From a virus (lineage: Duplodnaviria > Heunggongvirae > Uroviricota > Caudoviricetes): a DNA stretch of 64,000 bases. The stretch covers positions 22,818 to 86,817 of IMG/VR virus record IMGVR_UViG_3300013126_000015. One strand, given 5' to 3'. Below the pieces are notes generated by a model. That model was not told the origin of the DNA. It saw only the letters and a program-made list of their open reading frames with translations, and searched no databases. A program made the position numbers and the translations under genes. Shown here piece by piece: positions 7,750 to 16,669 of the stretch. Position 1 is the stretch's first letter. The number at the start of each line of letters is the position of its first letter.

Positions 7750-8030
7750 ATTATAAAATAATTTTAGATGCTTGGTATTATACTTGCATAAAATTATTTT
7801 TTTATTTTTTGAGAGCTTGGTGTATTATATTTAAAATAATACTTGCAAATTTTCAAACTACTTGCAAATTTTTCAAATAATTCTTTCCAAAAATAAATTC
7901 CAAAAATAAATTCTAAAATAACCCCCAAAATAAAACTTACCCCTGCCAGAAATGTCCTATACCAGAAAAATACCCCCCACCCTCAAAAATTGTCGAAGTA
8001 TATTTTTTGTATACATGCGGAAATTTAGTT
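7750..8030. repeat. non-coding AT-rich region with direct repeats (GCTTGGT..TATTATA x2; TACTTGCA(A/T)A x3; CCAAAAATAAATT x2) and C-rich G-poor tract
   Basis: read directly; lies between convergent genes. Confidence 0.6.
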
Positions 8031-8414
8031 TTATGTAAATGCCACTTTAAATATATTTTCAGCTAGTATAGATTTGATTATTTGATTAAAATTTTGTTCA
8101 GAGAAAGTAAAATCAAAGGTACGATTATTAAATGTTGCGTTTATTCTAGGATGATTATTAATAAAATAAATTTGCCAGCGAATATAAAATGAATATCTTT
8201 TTCCCATACTAGATGGATTAGAATAGAACTCATAGTTATGACTAATGCTACCATGTTCTGCATTGCAGGCAAATAGTACTAAATTATTACTTGATAATAA
8301 ATTATTCATATTGGCTAGTAATTCATCCATTTTATTATCGATTAGTAATTGAATGTTGGTAGAGTCTTTATTGGCTTTAGAAATTAAATATTCATTCATT
8401 GAGTTGGTTAGCAT
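8031..8414 (-). CDS. hypothetical protein (127 aa)
   Basis: ATG ORF; extended -10 TGCTATAAT at 8450-8458 upstream. Confidence 0.45.
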   Translation of the reverse strand: MLTNSMNEYLISKANKDSTNIQLLIDNKMDELLANMNNLLSSNNLVLFACNAEHGSISHNYEFYSNPSSMGKRYSFYIRWQIYFINNHPRINATFNNRTFDFTFSEQNFNQIIKSILAENIFKVAFT

Positions 8415-8449
8415 ATTGAATTACTCCGTTTTGTTTAAGGTATGATGTT

Positions 8450-8458
8450 ATTATAGCA
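8450..8458 (-). promoter_or_regulatory. extended -10 element TGCTATAAT for gene 8031..8414
   Basis: read directly on minus strand. Confidence 0.4.
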
Positions 8459-8574
8459 AGGTATCAGTCTAATGACAAGTAGTAAAATCATCCTGGAAAA
8501 TAGAAAAGGTAAAAAAGTATAAGTACCCGATAAAAAAATTATCGAGCTATATTTTTTGTATACATACGGAAAAT

Positions 8575-9159
8575 TTATTTATAGGTAAACAAACTACTGA
8601 AATAATTATCTTCTTTTTGTGGTGTTGAGAATGAGTAATCATACTCTAATCCATCTGCACAAACGATATTAATAAATTTAGTAGTATTTGATTTTAATTT
8701 GAACATTGCGATCAACCCTTTTTTGGAACGATGTGATCTTGAAAGTTCCATGATACCAAAATCTTTATTGCCGCTTTTTTTATAGATAATGATATCATCA
8801 TCATTAACCATATATAATCGTTTAATGGTTTCGATACAGTTATCGAACATTAGGTCAACGCCATAAATGGTTGATAGTGCGGTTTCATAATCTATCCCAT
8901 TTTCCATTTTCTTTATTAATATTTCAGATAGGAATTGACCATCACCGCATGTTGGATCGAGGAATGTTTTTTTAGGATTGGTGAATAGTTCAAGAGGTAA
9001 TTGATTTAGCATTTCTTGAACTAATTTAGTAGGGGTAAAAACTTCACCGGTAGATTTTATTCTAGTTTTTTCACGTTCGACACCTGACATATAATCACGA
9101 TTTCTAGCATGGTCTATGATATTGTTTAACATTGTCTTATCCATGTTTATTGAGTTCAT
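8575..9159 (-). CDS. N6-adenine methyltransferase-like protein, short paralog (motif X FTP + motif I DPTCGDGQFL, no NPPY)
   Basis: SAM-binding motif I; N-terminus paralogous to 9196..10377. Confidence 0.5.
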   Translation of the reverse strand: MNSINMDKTMLNNIIDHARNRDYMSGVEREKTRIKSTGEVFTPTKLVQEMLNQLPLELFTNPKKTFLDPTCGDGQFLSEILIKKMENGIDYETALSTIYGVDLMFDNCIETIKRLYMVNDDDIIIYKKSGNKDFGIMELSRSHRSKKGLIAMFKLKSNTTKFINIVCADGLEYDYSFSTPQKEDNYFSSLFTYK

Positions 9160-9165
9160 GATTAA

Positions 9166-9194
9166 AGTATATCAGGTATTTTATTGATTGTCAA
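9166..9194 (-). promoter_or_regulatory. sigma70-type promoter (minus strand TTGACA 9194-9189, TATACT 9171-9166)
   Basis: 17-nt spacer. Confidence 0.5.
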
Positions 9195-9195
9195 T

Positions 9196-10377
9196 TTATT
9201 TTACAGTTGATTCGATATAATCAATTTCTTTTTGTGTTAAGTTAAAGTGTTGGTAAAGTTCTTCATCAGTCCATGATTTTGTTAAATCAATATCAGGAAT
9301 TTGTTCAAATAATGATTTTGAGTTCGGGGTATTTGTTTTAACCGATTTAATCAATGTTTTAATGGTATTGGTTTCCAGATATTGTTTTAAATTTATAGAT
9401 TCAATTTCAGATGATGTTGTTAAGAACACTACAGAATACCCACCAACATGATTAACATCGGCAACCTTAACGGCACCAATATTATTAAATGCCCCCATGT
9501 TTGGCAACACCACTTTAAATAATCCCTTTCCAGTTATTTCATTACCAACTGTAATAATACTAGTATTATATTTTTCACCTTGTTTACCAACTCCTGTTAT
9601 AAAAACATCCCCAGTTGTTTGTTCATTAACTTTATTAAGGTTTAATTTGCCGCGCAACCATCTAGTACCTAAATTTTTTGTGGTGTCAAATTTTGTAATA
9701 AATTTAGTTTGAGTATTATTTTCAGATAATATCATTGAATCTGTTAAATTAAATAGTTCTGTGTTGTGGTTAATATCGGTGACCTTGCAATCATCATTGT
9801 CATTTTTTGTCAACAAAAAATGACAAGTTCTCATATTTACGTTGAACCACTTATCACCATGAAAGACTAAATTATTTAATTTAGCGTCATATAAAAATTT
9901 TTTCAATTTTGAAGGTGATGGTCCAGTCCATGCAGATGGTATGACCAATGAAACGATGTTATTAGATAGTTCTACTGATTTATATACAAATTCTGCGGCT
10001 AAATCAATGCTATTAGTTGAATTTCCTTCTTTTCCTTGATAAGGTGGGTTACCTAATACGACATCGAATTTCATGTTAATATCTCCTAAATCTTTAATTA
10101 CGTTCAACCCAATTTTATGAGCGACTACATCTTTAGCAAGGTTGTCTACATATATATGTATTCTGCTTGCTGGTATATTATAATTATACACCAAACTAAT
10201 GGCAAATTCAAGATTAAATAACACTAAAATTGAATTTTTATTTGGAAGGGATGGGATTTGCTCAATCATTTCATTGACTAATTCCAATGGTGTAAAGATT
10301 TCATGAGAACCGGCAAACATGCCTGCTTCTAATTGGATCTTATAACCACGAAACATATCTTCAACTCTAGTGCTCAT
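9196..10377 (-). CDS. gamma-class N6-adenine DNA methyltransferase-like (DVVLGNPPYQ motif IV, FTP motif X)
   Basis: NPPY catalytic motif; motif I degenerate (no glycines). Confidence 0.6.
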   Translation of the reverse strand: MSTRVEDMFRGYKIQLEAGMFAGSHEIFTPLELVNEMIEQIPSLPNKNSILVLFNLEFAISLVYNYNIPASRIHIYVDNLAKDVVAHKIGLNVIKDLGDINMKFDVVLGNPPYQGKEGNSTNSIDLAAEFVYKSVELSNNIVSLVIPSAWTGPSPSKLKKFLYDAKLNNLVFHGDKWFNVNMRTCHFLLTKNDNDDCKVTDINHNTELFNLTDSMILSENNTQTKFITKFDTTKNLGTRWLRGKLNLNKVNEQTTGDVFITGVGKQGEKYNTSIITVGNEITGKGLFKVVLPNMGAFNNIGAVKVADVNHVGGYSVVFLTTSSEIESINLKQYLETNTIKTLIKSVKTNTPNSKSLFEQIPDIDLTKSWTDEELYQHFNLTQKEIDYIESTVK

Positions 10378-10406
10378 ATTGTTCTCCTTATTTAAAGTAT
10401 AATTAA

Positions 10407-10435
10407 ATTATACCTCAATTATAGTAGATTGGCAA
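10407..10435 (-). promoter_or_regulatory. sigma70-type promoter (TTGCCA 10435-10430, TATAAT 10412-10407)
   Basis: 17-nt spacer, AAGGAG SD before ATG 10377. Confidence 0.5.
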
Positions 10436-10992
10436 GTTAATTCTTTTAAAAATAATTCCCAAAATGGTATATTCATATCCACTAGCTGTGCTAGTTGAGC
10501 ATATCCCAATACTTGTATTTTATTATGATACATATCATTTAATATATCTTGACGTAATTCTAATGCTGTGGTAAACAAAGTCATATTTACTGGTTGCATA
10601 TAATACATACACATTGACTTTGCGACAAAGTTACTGATATGATCTTCGTTGGCTGTCAATTGATACTTAACATCATTTCGGAATTTTATTTGCACAGTAT
10701 GATTGGTACTGTCGTGGCTTTTGCCAACACCATCAACCCCCATATCAGGACCATCAACTAAAGAATCCCATGGACAGTAATCGATGATATTGATACGTTT
10801 ATCGATTGGACTGCAGTTGATCAATACTTCAACCAATGCTTCAAATCCATCACCACGATATGTTTCTGGTTCCCACATATCTGGTTGTTGTAAACTTTGG
10901 GTTGTTATACGTTTCATGAAAGTACTTAATTTTGTACAACCATTTAACAATGCAACAGGATCATAACAGGTATTTTTGAATCTATGTTTCAT
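10408..10992 (-). CDS. Mrr-like restriction endonuclease domain protein (FEALV...GVDGVG...VQIK)
   Basis: Mrr_cat-like PD-(D/E)xK pattern. Confidence 0.4.
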   Translation of the reverse strand: MKHRFKNTCYDPVALLNGCTKLSTFMKRITTQSLQQPDMWEPETYRGDGFEALVEVLINCSPIDKRINIIDYCPWDSLVDGPDMGVDGVGKSHDSTNHTVQIKFRNDVKYQLTANEDHISNFVAKSMCMYYMQPVNMTLFTTALELRQDILNDMYHNKIQVLGYAQLAQLVDMNIPFWELFLKELTCQSTIIEV

Positions 10993-11016
10993 TATTATCT
11001 CCTAAAGTATAATTTT

Positions 11017-11044
11017 ATTATACCAGATAATTAAAACATGTCAA
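11017..11044 (-). promoter_or_regulatory. sigma70-type promoter (TTGACA 11044-11039, TATAAT 11022-11017)
   Basis: 16-nt spacer. Confidence 0.5.
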
Positions 11045-12566
11045 GAAAATTATCAAACGATGGTGTTATTGGATTTGTTGGTTCTGGTGCAATTTCATCG
11101 AATAGTGACAGAAACATATTAAATGCTTGAGTTTTTTTATGTGATGATAATTGTGCCATATCGTCAAAGAAATCATTTGTTTCAATTTCATGAAATATAT
11201 CTTGCAACCACCATAAACTTCTATTATCAGTATCGGTATGATATGCATCTTCGATTTGGTTTTGATCTTTGGCATGTAAAGATTTCCAATTGGTTTCTTT
11301 TACATTTTCGATATTGATAGGATACCCAGCTTTACGAATAGCATGTACATATTCCCGAACAATTTCACGACCATCAGTATCACCGTTGACAACTGATACT
11401 GATATCCATGCTTGTTTTTTCTTTGATGGGTCTGGTTTATATACCCGAACAGCTCTACCAATTGTTTGTATCATCTTAGCTAATCCCATATTACGTAGGA
11501 TGCAAACACCGGTAATACCATCAACGTCGATTCCTTCACTCAAAATATCATAGTGAAAGATTAAACAGTTACGACCATCAATTTTAATTTGATTCAAGAA
11601 ATCAGTTCTTGATCTGCATTGTACTCCATTGATACATTCTCCATGTTTACTAGTCACCGTACATATATCATGGTCAGGTAATATATCATGGATTTTATCA
11701 ATATTATCCATTACAGTTTTTACATCATTAGTACCATTCAATGCAAATAATATTTTGCTAAAACCTAATTCTGGCGCAGTTAATTTATGTTGTTCTGATG
11801 CGAGTGCTATTACTTTACTGACGATGGTTTGTTGTTCAACATCATCCCGTTCTTTACCTCGAACATCAGTAGTGTTCGGAATATCACTATACATGATATG
11901 TAATCTCGGAGCAACTATTATTCCACGGTCGATCAATACTGCCGGTTCAATCTCGTATATCCGTTCACCATAAACATTGGTATTATTAAGACCCCTACCG
12001 GTTTCACTTGCTGTAAATTTTTCAGTTGCAGTAAAGAATAATTTAACTCTACCATTCAATTCCACAATACTTTTGTGGAATTCTTCAGCTACACAATATT
12101 GACTTTCATCTGCAATGATAGTATCAAAATCAATACCTTTTAATTTATAACTGCTATGGTACGTGCTAAAGATAACCAAATCTTTACCCATGCGACTAGC
12201 ACGGGCAATTTCATCAATGACTACTTGTTCGCTAGTTGTTGATTTTTCACTCCATTTAACCTTAGTGTAATCTGGTTCATGTTTACCACTATGGAAAGCT
12301 AATCCAAGATATTCTCGTGATGTAATAAAACCACGAATATCTTTAGCTAATTGATTACTTAACATGATTCTAGGCGATATTACTAAAGTAACGCCATGTT
12401 TGCGATTTTTATTCATCTGATGTTCAATAATCATTGCTTCTATCAATGTTTTGCCACCACCAGTAGGGATAACGATGCGTCCAGTTGTTAATCCATGATT
12501 GCGCTTAATCGAAGATACCGTTGCATTGTATGCTTCTTGTTGATGCTGTCTAGGTATGATTTTCAT
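11031..12566 (-). CDS. SF2 DNA helicase, ResIII/restriction Res-subunit-like (PTGGGKT, DESQ, TAT, QTIGRAVR motifs)
   Basis: helicase motifs I, II, III, VI read from translation. Confidence 0.7.
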   Translation of the reverse strand: MKIIPRQHQQEAYNATVSSIKRNHGLTTGRIVIPTGGGKTLIEAMIIEHQMNKNRKHGVTLVISPRIMLSNQLAKDIRGFITSREYLGLAFHSGKHEPDYTKVKWSEKSTTSEQVVIDEIARASRMGKDLVIFSTYHSSYKLKGIDFDTIIADESQYCVAEEFHKSIVELNGRVKLFFTATEKFTASETGRGLNNTNVYGERIYEIEPAVLIDRGIIVAPRLHIMYSDIPNTTDVRGKERDDVEQQTIVSKVIALASEQHKLTAPELGFSKILFALNGTNDVKTVMDNIDKIHDILPDHDICTVTSKHGECINGVQCRSRTDFLNQIKIDGRNCLIFHYDILSEGIDVDGITGVCILRNMGLAKMIQTIGRAVRVYKPDPSKKKQAWISVSVVNGDTDGREIVREYVHAIRKAGYPINIENVKETNWKSLHAKDQNQIEDAYHTDTDNRSLWWLQDIFHEIETNDFFDDMAQLSSHKKTQAFNMFLSLFDEIAPEPTNPITPSFDNFLDMF

Positions 12567-12606
12567 ACTTGCTCCAATGGATTTATAGTATTTAAGATAT
12601 AATTAT

Positions 12607-12635
12607 AATATACCAAAACTTCATAACCATGTCAA
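12607..12635 (-). promoter_or_regulatory. sigma70-type promoter (TTGACA 12635-12630, TATATT 12612-12607)
   Basis: 17-nt spacer. Confidence 0.55.
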
Positions 12636-12718
12636 GAAGAAAATTCACTATAAAATAGAAAAGAATAATTTCATGGGTCCCATCCCCTAAAAAAAATTTC
12701 GCCGCCGATTTTTTTGTG

Positions 12719-13102
12719 TTATATAGGGGAAAAATTTTTAACTAATTTATTTGGATAGAAAGAAACGATATCTGCAGTATATATTGGAATATTATTTATG
12801 GTGAAGGTAGGTTGAGTATAAGGGTTATAGTAAATGATATTGTTGGAATTAATATTGATGAAAGAGAACAGGTAACCTTGAACACCTGCATGGACATTTT
12901 TTTTATTTTCTTTGATTACTCTTTGTCTACCTTTTTCGGATACTTTGAAAGTACAATTGGAAAGGGTTAGGTTTTGAGTATGGGCGATTACTTTATTTTT
13001 ATGTTTTATAGACCAGCAAGATTTGTGTATATTCCAGTATACGAATACTTTGGTACCATATAGAGAAGGAGGGATAGTATTATAGAAAGGGATGTTATTC
13101 AT
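12719..13102 (-). CDS. hypothetical protein (127 aa)
   Basis: ORF; ATGA overlap with next gene. Confidence 0.4.
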   Translation of the reverse strand: MNNIPFYNTIPPSLYGTKVFVYWNIHKSCWSIKHKNKVIAHTQNLTLSNCTFKVSEKGRQRVIKENKKNVHAGVQGYLFSFININSNNIIYYNPYTQPTFTINNIPIYTADIVSFYPNKLVKNFSPI

Positions 13103-13305
13103 AATGTTAAAAGGAACATGGTGATATGGTGTTCATCGCCTTCTAATACTCCCCAATATCCACTATCATGTTGAGTTTTGCATTCTGAATAAGACAGGTG
13201 GTATTGTTGCTGGATAATATTGTTCCACTCATGCAATCGTCGTTTACTATGACCTAACTTTTTCAATAATATATTCCATTGGTCTGATGATAGGTAATAT
13301 TTCAT
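13099..13305 (-). CDS. tandem paralog family I small protein (MKYYLS...EGDEHHITMFLLTL)
   Basis: conserved N- and C-terminal motifs shared with neighbours. Confidence 0.55.
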   Translation of the reverse strand: MKYYLSSDQWNILLKKLGHSKRRLHEWNNIIQQQYHLSYSECKTQHDSGYWGVLEGDEHHITMFLLTL

Positions 13306-13535
13306 AATTGTAGTAGGAACATAGTGATATGGTGTTCATCACCTTCTATTATGCTATAGTATCCTGAATCTGATTCATGATATGATAGTTTTGTGTGATA
13401 ATAATTAGAGTTCCAGTATTTTAATCTATCCTGGTATGATAGAGCTTGATAATATGCAGAATCCTGATCCCATTTATCAAGATCGGTGTTATCCCATAAT
13501 TTATTATATTGTTCATTAGACAGGTAATATTTCAT
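13302..13535 (-). CDS. tandem paralog family I small protein
   Basis: MKYYLSNEQYNKLW...EGDEHHITMFLLQL. Confidence 0.55.
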   Translation of the reverse strand: MKYYLSNEQYNKLWDNTDLDKWDQDSAYYQALSYQDRLKYWNSNYYHTKLSYHESDSGYYSIIEGDEHHITMFLLQL

Positions 13536-13550
13536 AAAAATATTTATTGA

Positions 13551-14096
13551 TTATGCAGTAGTCAAGTTATGTTTATGAATCCAGAATTGTAGTTTATCTA
13601 ATTCTATGTCATTGATCCAAAATTCTTCATATTCAATATTGCCATTATCGAAATATCTGGTTACTGCAGGGCCATTATCGTTATGTCTGTTGCCATTGAT
13701 CCAAAATCCTTCTTCAATGATATTGCCATTTTCGGAATAATAGATTGATGCAGGTCCATTCTCATTGTGTGTTTTGCCATTAATGGAATATCGTTCATAC
13801 CTGATATTACCATTTGGATGAAATTCAACAATTGCAGGACCATATTCGTTATGGTATCTACCGAGTATGAGGTATTGTTTAGATTCAATATTACCATTCT
13901 CCCAATAAGAAATATATGCAGGCTCGTTGATATTATGTCGTTGGCCATTCTCCCAATATTCTGTTGATGCTATAGTACCATTATCGTAATAAGTAATGAT
14001 TGGATTCGGCATAATATTGTGATTTATTTTATTAAGTGTAGATATATTATACCATGATATTGAGTGGATGTCAAGTGATAGATCATAATTCTGCAA
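13551..14096 (-). CDS. MORN-repeat protein (>=6 repeats YxENGxxxxxxYWxNG)
   Basis: repeat pattern in translation. Confidence 0.55.
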   Translation of the reverse strand: MQNYDLSLDIHSISWYNISTLNKINHNIMPNPIITYYDNGTIASTEYWENGQRHNINEPAYISYWENGNIESKQYLILGRYHNEYGPAIVEFHPNGNIRYERYSINGKTHNENGPASIYYSENGNIIEEGFWINGNRHNDNGPAVTRYFDNGNIEYEEFWINDIELDKLQFWIHKHNLTTA

Positions 14097-14361
14097 GGAT
14101 AAAGATTGTTATATGATTTTCATCACCAATTAATCTACCCCAGAATCCTGGATAGTCAGTAAGTTTGATAGATGGTGGGTGATCTTCTGATTCTATATAA
14201 TCTATGTTAAATTGATTTCTAAAAGTTTTTTTCCAATAATCATTTCTTTGTTTGACGGTAAGGACTTCATCATATTTTGGTTGATCACTATACTGATTCC
14301 ACCAGATTAAGTTCCATTGTTTGCGAGTTAGATCATATTTCATAATTGTAATAAGAACCAA
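14083..14361 (-). CDS. tandem paralog family I small protein
   Basis: ...GFWGRLIGDENHITIFILAEL. Confidence 0.5.
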   Translation of the reverse strand: MVLITIMKYDLTRKQWNLIWWNQYSDQPKYDEVLTVKQRNDYWKKTFRNQFNIDYIESEDHPPSIKLTDYPGFWGRLIGDENHITIFILAEL

Positions 14362-14567
14362 ATAATTTGTTTTTCTTCACCTTCTAACCATCCCCAGAAT
14401 CCTGGTTCTGATGGTGAATATGATAAGATTTCATCATATGATAAGTTAGTTGATGATTCCATATTATCTAACCAGTATCCAATTCGTCTTTCTATTTGTG
14501 TTATATCATATAGTCCTTTATCCCACCATATGCGTTTAAATTCATTTTCAGATAGGTAATATTTCAT
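14340..14567 (-). CDS. tandem paralog family I small protein
   Basis: MKYYLSENEFKRIW...EGEEKQIIWFLLQL. Confidence 0.55.
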   Translation of the reverse strand: MKYYLSENEFKRIWWDKGLYDITQIERRIGYWLDNMESSTNLSYDEILSYSPSEPGFWGWLEGEEKQIIWFLLQL

Positions 14568-14806
14568 AGTTGTAATAGAAGTATATTAATATATTTTTCA
14601 TCACCGTTGATAATAGCAACATGATCATTACATGAAGTATTGTATGTTTCCATATATGTAATATTTGGATATGTTTCATCCCAAAGTATATATCTACTCA
14701 TTTTACATTTGTATTCACCATCTAGTGGTTCAGTGATCCATTGAGATGGTTCAAATAGACAATACCATATAGTATTCCATTGATTATATGTAATATAATG
14801 AATCAT
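14564..14806 (-). CDS. tandem paralog family I small protein
   Basis: ...NGDEKYINILLLQL. Confidence 0.5.
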   Translation of the reverse strand: MIHYITYNQWNTIWYCLFEPSQWITEPLDGEYKCKMSRYILWDETYPNITYMETYNTSCNDHVAIINGDEKYINILLLQL

Positions 14807-15120
14807 ATATACTGGTGATCTTTACAAAATAATTTAATTGATTTTTCTAATTGTGATTTATCAATTAAATTATAACGTCTTCTTAATGTAGAGAGTGACA
14901 CAGATTTATTATTTTTTGCCCAAGAGCCATATAGTGGTATAGAATGCAAAGTAGTTGACCATGGGTATACATATGTCTCTATTTGATAAGTATATTCACC
15001 GACTATATCTTTTAAAATCAAGTTGATTCTTAGATAAGTTGATGGTTCTGAATAATAATGATTGGTGAATATAAATCCATATTTCAGGATTGACATTGTT
15101 TCGGTATTAGTTAAGTTCAT
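14803..15120 (-). CDS. hypothetical protein (105 aa)
   Basis: ORF in array, overlapping stop/start. Confidence 0.4.
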   Translation of the reverse strand: MNLTNTETMSILKYGFIFTNHYYSEPSTYLRINLILKDIVGEYTYQIETYVYPWSTTLHSIPLYGSWAKNNKSVSLSTLRRRYNLIDKSQLEKSIKLFCKDHQYI

Positions 15121-15180
15121 TGTTATGATATACCACGGTTATGTTAATAGTAGTATATCATAATTTTTGTATTATGTCAA

Positions 15181-16332
15181 CTATTGCCAATTGTATAGAT
15201 CGTCAAGATGTTTTTGCCATGCATGGATGGTGGGGTATTTTTGGAGGAATTGACCCTTTAATGGATTGTGACCCATATTTTTTAATCCAGCCTGATATGA
15301 TGTTTGTACCATTAATTTTTCCAATTCATCCATTGATTGTGTTGTTTTAAGTGCAGTTACCAAATGAGATTGATCATATGTTCTATTGTTGGCATATGTT
15401 TTTAATAATTCTTGTTTAGCTGGAGTATTTTTCATACGTTGAACCCAACCTGCAACTCTATACTCATCTAATGCAGAACCAATTTGTTGATTTTCATTAT
15501 CTGATAATTGAATTAATAGTTTAGATAATTGTTCTAGTGTTTTTGCAGAATTCAGTTGATGCAATGTCTCTTTCATGAATCTACCATGTTGTTGCATATC
15601 TTTTACACTATCTGGGGAATATTTGTTATTATAACGTTTTATATTAGTAATCGCATCTTTTGAGAAGAATACTGCCTGATTTCTTTCTGATGTATGTATG
15701 ATACCGATACCTGGATCATAAGCTCCATCGATGCCAATATATCTAAACAAATGATTCCACACAATATGAGTATTAGTACCTTGATCATTTGAGCGGGAAG
15801 TAGAAAGTTCTTGTGCTACTTTCATTGTCACGTACCATAATCTACCACCGGCATAACTATCGAATTTAGCTTTTCTATCTGATTGATTGATATAATGTTC
15901 AACTATATCAACTGCATCTTTCCATGGCATATTGGCATTTTTGGTAAAGTAGTCAGCGATTTTTTGGTAATATACTACTAAGTCTTGATTAGACAGGGTT
16001 TTAAGATTAATAATATTACCGTTAGCTTGGAATATATTAACAAATGCTTGATCGCCTGCAAATGGTAGATAATCCATTGCAGTATCAGTATTAGTTTGGT
16101 TAATAACGAATGATGCTGGGTAAGCATAGATACCGATTGGGGTATCCCATTCAGATTTAGGATTTATGCCTAATTTATCGACTGAAGTAAATGATACAAA
16201 GCAATTTACTTCATCTAAATTATCTAATGATGGTGCATTATGAAATGCATTAATAATAATATCATTAATGGATGTCTTAGGATTTTGTTTAGGATTTTTT
16301 CTTTTTTCAGTAATAAATTCATTTGCTCTCAT
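15181..16332 (-). CDS. putative packaged internal protein with T4-type capsid targeting sequence (MRANEFITE)
   Basis: N-terminus matches T4 IP CTS pattern xEF(I/L)xE; shared with 20245 and 20877 genes. Confidence 0.45.
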   Translation of the reverse strand: MRANEFITEKRKNPKQNPKTSINDIIINAFHNAPSLDNLDEVNCFVSFTSVDKLGINPKSEWDTPIGIYAYPASFVINQTNTDTAMDYLPFAGDQAFVNIFQANGNIINLKTLSNQDLVVYYQKIADYFTKNANMPWKDAVDIVEHYINQSDRKAKFDSYAGGRLWYVTMKVAQELSTSRSNDQGTNTHIVWNHLFRYIGIDGAYDPGIGIIHTSERNQAVFFSKDAITNIKRYNNKYSPDSVKDMQQHGRFMKETLHQLNSAKTLEQLSKLLIQLSDNENQQIGSALDEYRVAGWVQRMKNTPAKQELLKTYANNRTYDQSHLVTALKTTQSMDELEKLMVQTSYQAGLKNMGHNPLKGQFLQKYPTIHAWQKHLDDLYNWQ

Positions 16333-16381
16333 AGTAAGTATTTATCACTATAGATGCAATATAAACCAGTTAATTGATATC

Positions 16382-16669
16382 TCATATATTTAAAAGGAAC
16401 CAGTTAATTGATTTTTTAGATCCTGTTAGTATACCCCAGTATCCATCAAAATCATTATCATTATCTATAATAAGACCATAATGGTCTACCTGTGCTGGTA
16501 ACTCATTATAAGATAATTTATATTTATGTTTAAAATTATTCTTCCATATGGATTTTCTAACAAGAATAGCTTCGTAACAATTGGAGTTTGCATCAGATGT
16601 AACCTCGTTAACCCAATCAGTCCATATGGTCCAATATTGGTTTTCAGTTAGATAGTGTTTATATCTCAT
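16382..16669 (-). CDS. tandem paralog family I small protein
   Basis: ...GYWGILTGSKKSINWFLLNI. Confidence 0.5.
   Translation of the reverse strand: MRYKHYLTENQYWTIWTDWVNEVTSDANSNCYEAILVRKSIWKNNFKHKYKLSYNELPAQVDHYGLIIDNDNDFDGYWGILTGSKKSINWFLLNI

Noticed and set aside
9497-11973. Plus-strand ORFs 9497..9712, 10784..10966, 11123..11317, 11269..11553 and 11629..11973, and minus ORF 11066..11275
   Set aside because: All are embedded antisense or out of frame within the methyltransferase, nuclease and helicase genes, which have strong motif support. Their compositions are low-complexity.
13661-13967. ORFs 13661..13948(-) and 13767..13967(+) within the MORN gene
   Set aside because: They sit in alternative frames of a clearly repetitive MORN-repeat coding sequence.
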